From contig OZ271854.1 in the NCBI GenBank assembly GCA_965601925.1, positions 2,976,001 to 3,040,000 on the forward strand: 64,000 bases of DNA. Reading direction: 5' to 3'. The notes under the pieces were generated by a model. The model worked only from the letters and a program-made list of their open reading frames with translations. It searched no databases and was not told where the DNA came from. The stretch's first letter is position 1, and every line of letters begins with the position of its first letter. This document shows positions 20,016 to 28,391 of the stretch, piece after piece. The DNA comes from Alkalispirochaeta sp. (GTDB lineage: Bacteria > Spirochaetota > Spirochaetia > DSM-27196 > Alkalispirochaetaceae). The translations under genes were made by a program, and so were the position numbers.

Positions 20016-21071
20016 ATGAGTATCGATCCTGGTAGAAGATTCATCGTCGCCGCACCGGTCGTCGATACGATGGACGAGTGTCGACGTCTCCTGGACGACT
20101 ACATAGAGCAGCACGTCGGTGGAATCATGGTGGGGGTCGGTGGCCGCCATCCGCTCTTGGAACGGGCCGGCGTCATCGACTTGGAGACGACCGCACGATT
20201 CATCGAGGAACTTCGCGCCGCGAGCCCGGAGCTGATCATCGCCGTCGATGCCGAGGGCGGTTCGATATTCAATATTTTGGAGCATCACTCGCCGCTCCAG
20301 GGCGCTGCACATTACACTCGCCGCGCGGAGCCGGCCGCCGGACAGTTCGAGTCCGATGTTCGCGTGCACGCGGCCTTGCTTCGCGATCTTGGGGTGACGA
20401 TGAACTTCGCGCCGCTTCTGGATGTGGCGCTGCCGGGATACGTCGGATATCCGGCAGCCGACGGCAGAAGCTACGGCGACGAGGTCGCGACCGTGGTCGG
20501 CTACGCCGGGCGGTTTATCTCGATCATGGAGGAGTACGGCATTACCGCGGTAGCGAAACACTTTCCGGGATACGGCGCCCTCATGCGCAATCCGCACCGA
20601 ACCCTTACGACGCCGCCGGCCGAGTACGAGGGAAGTGCGCTGGCTCCCTACCGTACCCTCGCCGTCGACGGGCTTCCTGCGGTCATGACCGGCCACGTAC
20701 CGTGGAGCCGGAGCGACGGACTGCCCGCCAGTTTGAGTACCGCGTCGCTTCGGGCTTTGCGAGACGATATCGGATTTTCGGGCTTAGTCGTCGCCGACGA
20801 GCTCTTCATGGGGGCGGTGACCGAGGCGCTCGTCGCCCGCGGCCACGGCGAGGACCCCGACGGCGCGGCGCGCGCGGTGCTGGCGCTCCAAGCCAACGAT
20901 GTGGCGATCGTCAGCTACCCGATCCAAAACGCCGACGGAACGGTCACGGGACTGCCCGGCGGGGCTGTGCGCTTTCCGGCGATGCGTCGCGCGGTGATGG
21001 AGGCGATGGATCGCGGCGTCGAGTTAGCTCCCTATGAACCGATATCGCACCGTGCGACACAAGACGCCTGA
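20016..21071 (+). CDS. GH3 N-terminal-domain protein (NagZ-like, non-canonical catalytic loop)
   Basis: IAVDAEGG, MNFAPLLDV, RSYG, KHFPGYG, VMTGH, LRDDIGFSGLVVADELFM. Confidence 0.8.
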   Translation: MSIDPGRRFIVAAPVVDTMDECRRLLDDYIEQHVGGIMVGVGGRHPLLERAGVIDLETTARFIEELRAASPELIIAVDAEGGSIFNILEHHSPLQGAAHYTRRAEPAAGQFESDVRVHAALLRDLGVTMNFAPLLDVALPGYVGYPAADGRSYGDEVATVVGYAGRFISIMEEYGITAVAKHFPGYGALMRNPHRTLTTPPAEYEGSALAPYRTLAVDGLPAVMTGHVPWSRSDGLPASLSTASLRALRDDIGFSGLVVADELFMGAVTEALVARGHGEDPDGAARAVLALQANDVAIVSYPIQNADGTVTGLPGGAVRFPAMRRAVMEAMDRGVELAPYEPISHRATQDA

Positions 21072-21117
21072 ACCGCGGTGTCAATGCATCCCGGTAGAAC
21101 CTTTCGCGCCGTAAACA

Positions 21118-21146
21118 TTGCGGACCGCCGTCGTCCCGCCTATCAT
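21118..21146 (+). promoter_or_regulatory. Sigma-70 promoter of vapBC, leaderless-type geometry
   Basis: TTGCGG-N17-TATCAT-N7-ATG. Confidence 0.55.
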
Positions 21147-21153
21147 TGAGTGT

Positions 21154-21396
21154 ATGAAAACCACCGTCGACATTCCCACGGCGTTGTATCGGCGGTCGCG
21201 GAGTATCGCCGCGGCGCGGGGCGTGAGTTTCCGCACCTTTCTTACCGAGGCGTTGCAGGAGAAAGTGCTTCACGGCGATATGCGCGCCTGGACCGATTCG
21301 TTCGGGGCCCTCTCCTCGGCCCACGACGCCCTCGCCGAGGTCGAGCGCGCCATTTCCTTCGTCCGTCGCCCGTCGAACGAGCCAGCCCGACTATGA
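21154..21396 (+). CDS. vapB: RHH-type antitoxin (VapB-like, 80 aa)
   Basis: MKTTVDIPTALYRR...AAARGVSFRTFLTEAL ribbon-helix-helix pattern. ATGA overlap with the PIN gene. Confidence 0.75.
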   Translation: MKTTVDIPTALYRRSRSIAAARGVSFRTFLTEALQEKVLHGDMRAWTDSFGALSSAHDALAEVERAISFVRRPSNEPARL

Positions 21397-21770
21397 TTCT
21401 CGACGCCGGGGCCGTATCGGCGATACTTCGAGGCGACGAATCCATCAAGCCGGTCGTCGAGACCGGGGCGATGCTCGCCATTCCCGTGATCGTGGTCGGC
21501 GAGTACCGCTACGCGCTGATCGATTCCTCCAAAGGGCGAGAGATCGAGCGCGCCTTGGATCGTCTCATACGATCTCTGCACGTTCTCACCGTGGACGAGC
21601 GCACCGCCGAGCACTACGCCGAAATCCGTCGACGGCTCATCGGACGGCCCCGTCCTCTGCCCGAGAACGGTATATGGATCGGCGCGCTCGCGCGTCAATA
21701 CGAACTGCCGATCCTCAGTCGCGAGACCTCCTTCGACGAGATTCCCAAGGTGCGGCGTATCGGTTGGTAG
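21393..21770 (+). CDS. vapC: PIN-domain toxin (VapC-like, 125 aa)
   Basis: MILD start, IPVIVVGEY, AEHYAEIRRRL..RPRPLPENGIWIGALARQY.LPILSR. Confidence 0.8.
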   Translation: MILDAGAVSAILRGDESIKPVVETGAMLAIPVIVVGEYRYALIDSSKGREIERALDRLIRSLHVLTVDERTAEHYAEIRRRLIGRPRPLPENGIWIGALARQYELPILSRETSFDEIPKVRRIGW

Positions 21771-21818
21771 CGGCTCGAGGTGCCGCCGCCTCGGCGGTGT
21801 GCGTCGCCCCGCAAGACG

Positions 21819-22249
21819 TTACGCGTCCTGACGTGCGGCGATAATTGCCGGGATTTCCGATAGCGTATCGACGCGCACTTCGGGTATTTCTCCGGCGTGA
21901 GTCGGTTTTTGGAGACGGTTATTCCCCCGGCGTATCCAGATCGTGTGCCGGCCCATGCACGCGCCGGGACGATATCGTCGTCGATACGGTCTCCCACTAT
22001 CCACACGATCCGTGCATCTCCCGCAACGGCCGCCGCAATATCCAACGGCGCGATGCGACCGAGTGCGTACGTGAATACCGAGGGCACCATCTTCGAGGCG
22101 CCCTCCTCTTGGAGCTCCAGAATACGCTCCGGCGTCGTGGCAACTCGGCGCCGCGCGAAGGCGGCGGCGGCACTCCCGGCGCGGTGCACGTGCGCATCTC
22201 GCTCGTCCTCCAACGTCCACCCGAGTTCTACGAATACGATCGGCCCCAT
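21819..22249 (-). pseudogene. Degraded HAD-family hydrolase (internal deletion plus frameshift)
   Basis: The N-terminus IVFVELGWTLEDE (eroded motif I) joins early to IVGDRIDDDIVPA (motif IV). The expected tail MGRHTIWIRRG...PEVRVDTLSEI continues in another frame from about 21955. Motifs II and III are missing. Confidence 0.65.
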
Positions 22250-22324
22250 GATGGATATCAGTGTACCGCGGAACCGGCCGGGGCACCCGCGGTTCGGCCG
22301 GCCCCTTCCAGTTCCTGAAAAAGC

Positions 22325-24847
22325 CTAAATGAAGAGATTGAGTCCCGCGTGCTCGGTCGCCTCCAGGTAGCTCGCAACGCCGCCGATCTCGACGCCGTCG
22401 ATGAGCTCCTCCGCGGCGACACCCATAACGTCCATCGACATCTGACACGCCACGAGGCGTACACCACTTTCGATCGCCGAGGCGAGCATCGCGTCGATGG
22501 AGTCGATGTTTTTGCGCTTCATGCGGCTTTTCATCATCGTCGCACCCAGTCCCCCGAAGTTCATTTTGCTCATGCCGAGCTCGTCGGTACCTCCCGGAAG
22601 CATCCAACTGAACATGCGACCCATGATGTCTTTCCGTACCCGCGGCTTGCGCGCCCTCTTCAAGAGCGACAGGCCCCAAAAGGTGAAAAAGAGTGTTACC
22701 TCCTTGCCGGCCGCGGCCGCACCGTTGGCGATAACCAAACTTGCCAAGGCGCGATCCATATCGTCCGAGAAGACGACCAGGGTGCTCCCGTTTCTCGTAG
22801 TCTCGCGCCGTTCAACCTCGACGACCGGTTCCGCGTGCGGAAGCGCCTTCTCGACCGTCGCGGTGATGGTAGCACCGTCGTTCTTTAGTTGTACCAGGCG
22901 ATTGCCGGTCATCGAGCACCAACTCTCGACGTCGCGTGCAAAGCCCGGGTCGGTGGCGGTCTCCACCAGGCGGCGGCCCGGTTCCATCCCGTCGATGGCC
23001 CGCTTGAGACGCAGAATCGGCCCCGGGCACTGGAGACCGCGGGCGTCGACGGTGAGCGCCTCGACCTCGATCGTACGGGTGAGCGCTGCGGCCAATGGAT
23101 CCTCCTCGGCTTTCCCGGCGGCGTGTTCGACGTCGGCTTGGTAAATATTGTCGTCCTTGCCGATGTAATCGCGTTCATAGACATCTTCGTTCCCCTGCCT
23201 TTGCGCCGCCGTCTCGAAGGTTCGGTAGCCGCCGGAGAGGTTATACACGTCCGTGAATCCGTGTTGCAGCAATGCGCGCTCGGCGTGGTACGCCCGGAGC
23301 CCGACGCCGCAAAAGACGACGACCGTCTTGCCCTGCGGAATCTCGTCCAGTCGATCGCGCAGTTCGTACAGCGGAATATTGACCGCCCCTTCGATCGTTC
23401 CGATGTCGAACTCTTCCGGCGTCCGCACATCGATGAGCGCCATCTCGTCGAGATCGCAACTCATGAGACTATGCCAATGGATGTGGCGACTGCGCCCGAG
23501 TAAGACGTTCTCGGCGACGAAACCGGCGATATTGACGGGATCCTTGGCGGACGAGTAGGGCGGTGCGTAGGCGTGCTCGATCTCGGTGAGGTCGCGAATC
23601 GTACCGCCGTTGCGGACTACGGTGGCCATGAGGTCGATCCGCTTGTCCACGCCGTCGTATCCTACGATCTGCGCTCCCAGCAGGCGACCGTCTTCGGGCG
23701 AAAAGAGCGTTTTCATGCTCATCGCCGCCGCGTCGGGATAGTAGCCGGCGTGGGAGCTCGAATGGGTGATCGTCGCCCGGTAGGGAAGCCCCGCCGCCTC
23801 CAGCGCCTTTTCACCGGCTCCGGTCGTCGCTACGGTGATATCGAACACCTTGGCGACGGCGGTCTGGATCGATCCACCGTACCGATGGGAGTCGCCGTAT
23901 ACAATGTTGTTCGCCACGATCCGGCCCTGCTTATTGGCGGGACCCGCGAGATAGGTGATCGTCGCCGCGCCGGTGATCGGATTGGGATACTCGATCGCGT
24001 CTCCGCAGGCGTACACGTCGGGGTCGTTCGTCCGGAGGTACTCATCGACTGTGATACCGCCGGTCTCTCCCGTCTCGATTCCCGCCTCGCGCGCAAGGGC
24101 GCTTTCGGGCCGGACGCCGATCGAGAGAATGACCATGTCCGCGGCGATGGTGCGCCCGCTTTTGAGAGTGATGAGAATATCGTCCGCGCGCCGCTCGAAC
24201 GAGGCGACTCCGTCCTGGAGATAGAACTCCACGCTCTTCGTCTTGAGATGCTGGTGCACCATGGCGGCCATCTCAAAGTCGACGACGTTCATCACCTGGT
24301 GCGCCATCTCCACGATCGTGACGAAGACGCCGCGGTGGTGAAGGTTCTCCGCCATCTCCAGACCGATAAATCCAGCTCCGACGATGACCGCCCGCCGCGG
24401 CTTGTGCGCATCGACGAACGCCTTTATGGCGTCGGTCTCCGGGACGCTGCGAAGGGTGAAGATACCCTTCGAGTTGATTCCGGGGATGGGCGGCCGTACC
24501 GGCTCGGCTCCCGGCGAGAGCACGAGCTTATCGTACGATTCGCGGTACTCCTCTCCCGTATCGACCCGCCGGACGTAAACGAGTTTGTTCTCGCGGTCGA
24601 TCGACAGTACTTCCGTGCGGACGCGCACCTCGATGTGATAGTTGTTGAGGAAGTTCTCGGGTGTCTGAACGAAGAGGCGCTCGCGCTCCTCGATGACGCC
24701 GCCGATGTAGTAGGGCAGCCCGCAGTTGGCATAGCTGATGTGTTCGCCGCGCTCAAAGATGATGATCTCGGCGTGTTCGTCTATACGGCGCAGTCTGGCC
24801 GCGGTAGTGGCTCCACCGGCGACACCGCCGACGATGAGAACTCGCAT
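22325..24847 (-). CDS. CoA-disulfide/persulfide reductase-rhodanese-TusA-DsrE2 fusion (840 aa)
   Basis: IVGGVAGG FAD motif, SYANCGLPY redox Cys, GAGFIGLE, YAPPYS, rhodanese FCGVGLRA, TusA DARGLQCPGP, DsrE2 FFTFWGL...ACQMSM. GGAGGG SD. Confidence 0.9.
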   Translation of the reverse strand: MRVLIVGGVAGGATTAARLRRIDEHAEIIIFERGEHISYANCGLPYYIGGVIEERERLFVQTPENFLNNYHIEVRVRTEVLSIDRENKLVYVRRVDTGEEYRESYDKLVLSPGAEPVRPPIPGINSKGIFTLRSVPETDAIKAFVDAHKPRRAVIVGAGFIGLEMAENLHHRGVFVTIVEMAHQVMNVVDFEMAAMVHQHLKTKSVEFYLQDGVASFERRADDILITLKSGRTIAADMVILSIGVRPESALAREAGIETGETGGITVDEYLRTNDPDVYACGDAIEYPNPITGAATITYLAGPANKQGRIVANNIVYGDSHRYGGSIQTAVAKVFDITVATTGAGEKALEAAGLPYRATITHSSSHAGYYPDAAAMSMKTLFSPEDGRLLGAQIVGYDGVDKRIDLMATVVRNGGTIRDLTEIEHAYAPPYSSAKDPVNIAGFVAENVLLGRSRHIHWHSLMSCDLDEMALIDVRTPEEFDIGTIEGAVNIPLYELRDRLDEIPQGKTVVVFCGVGLRAYHAERALLQHGFTDVYNLSGGYRTFETAAQRQGNEDVYERDYIGKDDNIYQADVEHAAGKAEEDPLAAALTRTIEVEALTVDARGLQCPGPILRLKRAIDGMEPGRRLVETATDPGFARDVESWCSMTGNRLVQLKNDGATITATVEKALPHAEPVVEVERRETTRNGSTLVVFSDDMDRALASLVIANGAAAAGKEVTLFFTFWGLSLLKRARKPRVRKDIMGRMFSWMLPGGTDELGMSKMNFGGLGATMMKSRMKRKNIDSIDAMLASAIESGVRLVACQMSMDVMGVAAEELIDGVEIGGVASYLEATEHAGLNLFI

Positions 24848-24896
24848 ATCGTCCCTCCGTTGGGTGTGAGAATAGTAGTTGGTTCGTTGTAGTTGC

Positions 24897-24933
24897 AGGG
24901 TAGCGCCCATTTATAGATATGTCAATATCTATA
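24897..24933 (-). promoter_or_regulatory. Sigma-70 promoter of the reductase fusion with an overlapping palindromic operator
   Basis: TTGACA-N17-TACCCT on the minus strand. A perfect inverted repeat TATAGATAT-N4-ATATCTATA (24912-24933) is centred on the -35. Confidence 0.7.
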
Positions 24934-25116
24934 TAAAAAAAATTTTATTCTGGACGCGAGAGAGATCTTGTCGTCCGGAGCGAGGTGCGTGAATCCGTCG
25001 ACTCGTTGCCGGGTGGGAGCGCGCGACCGTCCACAAGGATATGCGGGCGTTCATCCGGCGGGTTTGTAGATGGGAGAGTTGTCAGCGCAAAATTGGGCGT
25101 GTTAAGATGGCGGCCA

Positions 25117-27009
25117 ATGAGCCGACCCAGTGCGCCGGCAACGCGGAGAGTGTGTTTCTTGGTCTTCCTCGCCGCAGCGTCATTACTCCCGGGACAACAG
25201 AATTACCAGAAGACCTATCCCTTGCGTTCGCCGGAGTACGAGGCGTTACGCACCCTCTATATCGAACAGGGTATCGCCCTTCCCTTTGCCACCGGGCCCT
25301 TCTCGGAAGCGGAACTCCGTCATGCCATGGACCGTCTCGATACTGCGCGCCTGTCTGAGGCGGGACGTACCACCTTCGACTGGTTGCGCGAACGGTTCGA
25401 GGTCGAGGGGGGCTATCGAGAGGAAGAGGGACGCTTTCGGTTTGAGGCCGGGGCGGAGTTCTCCCTGGAGACGTATCTTCACACGGATTCCGACAATCCG
25501 TATTGGGAGTACCGGTGGGAGGATCGCGAGCCCTTCGCCCGCTTCCCCCTCGAGGCGTGGGTCATGGATCACGGCTACGGGATCATGGATTTCTCATTTA
25601 TGAAGAACATTCCCGATTTCAGTATTTATCCGACCTACCAGAGGAGCGGGCAATACGGCTTTGACGAGAACGGGGATTTCGAGTATTCCACTGACGAGGA
25701 AAACCCGTGGAGCAACCTCCCTACGATTCCGAGCACCATTGACGTGCAGTTCCCGCATCGCGCGTTTATCTCCGTCGGCGGCGAGCGGTGGAACGCCCAA
25801 ATCGGACGCGACATCATCGACTGGGGAAACGGCCGCACCGGTAACTTGTACATATCGGATTACACCGACTGGCACGACGCGCTGCAACTCTCGACCTTCT
25901 GGGATCGCTTCAAGTTTTCTTGGATTTGGGTGAGTCTCGACGGGTCGCTCACCGGTGAAGAGCGCGAGTTCGAGACTCATCTTGTCGGGTGGGATACCGA
26001 TGGCGACGGGAGAGTCGACACCTACACCGACCCCGGCGATCCCGACTTCGTTGATTTGGACCCCACCGTCGCGGATCGACAAATCTATGCGTACGAGGCC
26101 GACGAGGAGCACAAGAATCTCATCGCGCACCGGTTCGAACTGCGACTGTGGAATCGCTTGGGCCTGTCATACACCGAGGGCATCATCTTCGGTCGCGAAC
26201 GGATCGAGTTGCGCCACCTTAACCCGGTCTACCACTACCACAGCTTGTATACCAATACGCAGAACGTCGGGAACTCTCACCGCAGTTTCGAGTTCGATCT
26301 CGCGCTCACCGCGGGCCTCAACCTCTACGGGGCGCTGACCCCCGACCAATGGTCGAGTCCTCTCGAGCCGGGGACGAGCACCCAGGAGGAGCCCAACGCC
26401 GTCGCCTATCTCTTGGGGCTCGATTGGCGACGCCCCCGCGGGCGTGGATATCTTAGCGGCACGCTGGAGCTGGTTTATATCACGCCGTGGATGTATATCC
26501 ACAATAGCCCGCTCACCAGCATCACCAACCGACGTTACGTCATGGCGGAACACGGTGACGATCGGACCCAAATCTGGATCGATCGCCCCCTCGGGCACTA
26601 CGGCGGTAACGACTACGCGCTGATCTGGCTCGATCTCTCGTATCACGAGGTCGGGCGCCATCGTTACGGACTCACGACCTACTACGAGGGAGACGGATCG
26701 GTACCGATAAACGCGCTCTTGGAGAGCACCGTGAGCGACGGACTCAGGGACTCCCTCTCGGAGGAGGAGGCGGAACTGACGGCGCCGTCGGACGGCTACG
26801 ACGGGCGAGCCGTGCAATGGCGTACCGCGGCGACCCTCTACGGCGAGGTCTGGCCGCGTCTCTTCGACGGTTTCAACGGCGATCCTGGGGGCCGTACGCT
26901 CCGTGTCGGGTCGCAGTTGTCGGCTCAGTGGATGAAAAATCGTTACAATCGAGTGGGCGACTGGGAGTTTGATGTACAATGGGTCGTCTCTACAACCATC
27001 GGATTTTGA
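25117..27009 (+). CDS. Outer-membrane beta-barrel protein, capsule-assembly Wzi-like (630 aa)
   Basis: Signal peptide, QIGRDIIDWGNGRTGNLYISD and AHRFELRL...LSYTEGII motifs, alternating aromatic strands, C-terminal Phe. Confidence 0.6.
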   Translation: MSRPSAPATRRVCFLVFLAAASLLPGQQNYQKTYPLRSPEYEALRTLYIEQGIALPFATGPFSEAELRHAMDRLDTARLSEAGRTTFDWLRERFEVEGGYREEEGRFRFEAGAEFSLETYLHTDSDNPYWEYRWEDREPFARFPLEAWVMDHGYGIMDFSFMKNIPDFSIYPTYQRSGQYGFDENGDFEYSTDEENPWSNLPTIPSTIDVQFPHRAFISVGGERWNAQIGRDIIDWGNGRTGNLYISDYTDWHDALQLSTFWDRFKFSWIWVSLDGSLTGEEREFETHLVGWDTDGDGRVDTYTDPGDPDFVDLDPTVADRQIYAYEADEEHKNLIAHRFELRLWNRLGLSYTEGIIFGRERIELRHLNPVYHYHSLYTNTQNVGNSHRSFEFDLALTAGLNLYGALTPDQWSSPLEPGTSTQEEPNAVAYLLGLDWRRPRGRGYLSGTLELVYITPWMYIHNSPLTSITNRRYVMAEHGDDRTQIWIDRPLGHYGGNDYALIWLDLSYHEVGRHRYGLTTYYEGDGSVPINALLESTVSDGLRDSLSEEEAELTAPSDGYDGRAVQWRTAATLYGEVWPRLFDGFNGDPGGRTLRVGSQLSAQWMKNRYNRVGDWEFDVQWVVSTTIGF

Positions 27010-27077
27010 GAGAAGAGGATTCTCATGAACAGACTTGATCGGGCTTCCGGCGGCACCGTAGAAAGTTCGGTGCGACG

Positions 27078-28277
27078 ATGAAAATAGCGATCGTATTCGA
27101 GATTTTCTATCCCACCGTCAACGGCATTATCACCTCGTCGGTCAATCTGGCCGAGAATCTCATCGATCGAGGGCACGAGGTGATCTTTATCGCACCTCGT
27201 TGGGAGGCATTTCGGGAACCGCTTATCAACGGCCGGATTCCCGTACGGTATATCCAGAGCCAAGACAACTGGGCCTATCCCGGTATGCGTAACGTCCTAC
27301 CGTGGAATCGTACCGTGGAGGTCATACTGCGTCGCGAAAAGGTAGATGCCATTCACATTACCGGCCCGTGGCTCATTACGTGGGCCTCGATCAGGGCGGC
27401 GAGGCGATTGGGCCTACCGGTGATTCATACCTTTCACACGATGCTCCACGAGCCGAGTTACATCATCTATATGTTTCGCGTGCGCTTGCTGGTGCCGGTC
27501 ATTCAGGCGCTTGCGTGGGGGTACTACTCCCTGTTCGTCAAGCGAAGTACGATCAATACCGGTCCCAGCAGAATGGCGTGTCGCCAGATGCTGCATCACT
27601 TTCCCGACGTCGATATGCGTTTCGTCTCCAACGGCGTCGACGTTGGCCGCTTCGATACGCACGCGACGCGCGAGATGCTGCGCCGTACCTATCCCCGGCA
27701 CAACGATCGCACCTTTATCTTCGTGGGGCGTCTCGGCCAGGAGAAGTCCGTCGACGAGCTCATCGACGCCATGGCGGTGGTGGCCGAACGCCGGGCGGAT
27801 GCGCAGCTCTTTATCGTCGGTGACGGTCCGTCGGCGCGACGCTATCAAGCTCAGGTGCACCGCCTCGGCCTGGAAAAGCACGTCTTTCTCCTGGGCCGTA
27901 TCGCCCACGCGGAGCTGATCGCGAGCGGTCTGATTCACCACGCCCTCGCGTTCGTGACCGCGAGCACCACCGAGAATCAGCCGATGACGGTGATCGAGGC
28001 GGTCTGTTGCAACGTCCCGGTCATCGTGCCGGACGTGCCCGGTATCACCGAGTTGGTAGAGGAGAACGGGGTGCGATTCGAGGCCCACAGCGTAGAGGCG
28101 TTGGCCGATGCGATGGTTCGGCTCATAGACGATGAGGAGCTCCGAGCGCGCTGCATCGAGGCGAGCGAAGGTATGAAGAATCGGTTCGACGGGCGAAACG
28201 TCGCCGGACAGTTCGAGTCGATCTACCGCGACGCCCTCGAGAGTACCTCGTCACGCCACACCGCCGGGCACGGATGA
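27078..28277 (+). CDS. GT4 glycosyltransferase, diacylglycerol glycosyltransferase-like
   Basis: MKIAIVFEIFYPTVNGIITS, IHTFHT, FVGRLGQEK and ASTTENQPMTVIEA (EX7E) match the pattern of monoglycosyl-DAG synthases. Confidence 0.8.
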   Translation: MKIAIVFEIFYPTVNGIITSSVNLAENLIDRGHEVIFIAPRWEAFREPLINGRIPVRYIQSQDNWAYPGMRNVLPWNRTVEVILRREKVDAIHITGPWLITWASIRAARRLGLPVIHTFHTMLHEPSYIIYMFRVRLLVPVIQALAWGYYSLFVKRSTINTGPSRMACRQMLHHFPDVDMRFVSNGVDVGRFDTHATREMLRRTYPRHNDRTFIFVGRLGQEKSVDELIDAMAVVAERRADAQLFIVGDGPSARRYQAQVHRLGLEKHVFLLGRIAHAELIASGLIHHALAFVTASTTENQPMTVIEAVCCNVPVIVPDVPGITELVEENGVRFEAHSVEALADAMVRLIDDEELRARCIEASEGMKNRFDGRNVAGQFESIYRDALESTSSRHTAGHG

Positions 28278-28391
28278 CGCATAACCCGGCCATAGCGCTC
28301 TTGCACAACGCTTCGCGGCTCGCCTACACTACCTGCAGTTGGCCTTCCCGTGTGACACCATCAGTGCTGTAGAGACAAGGAGTCTTCGAGC

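Noticed and set aside
21150..21392. 206-aa ORF suggesting an N-terminally extended PIN protein
   Set aside because: The upstream part is an alternative frame of the antitoxin. The PIN domain starts at ATG 21393.
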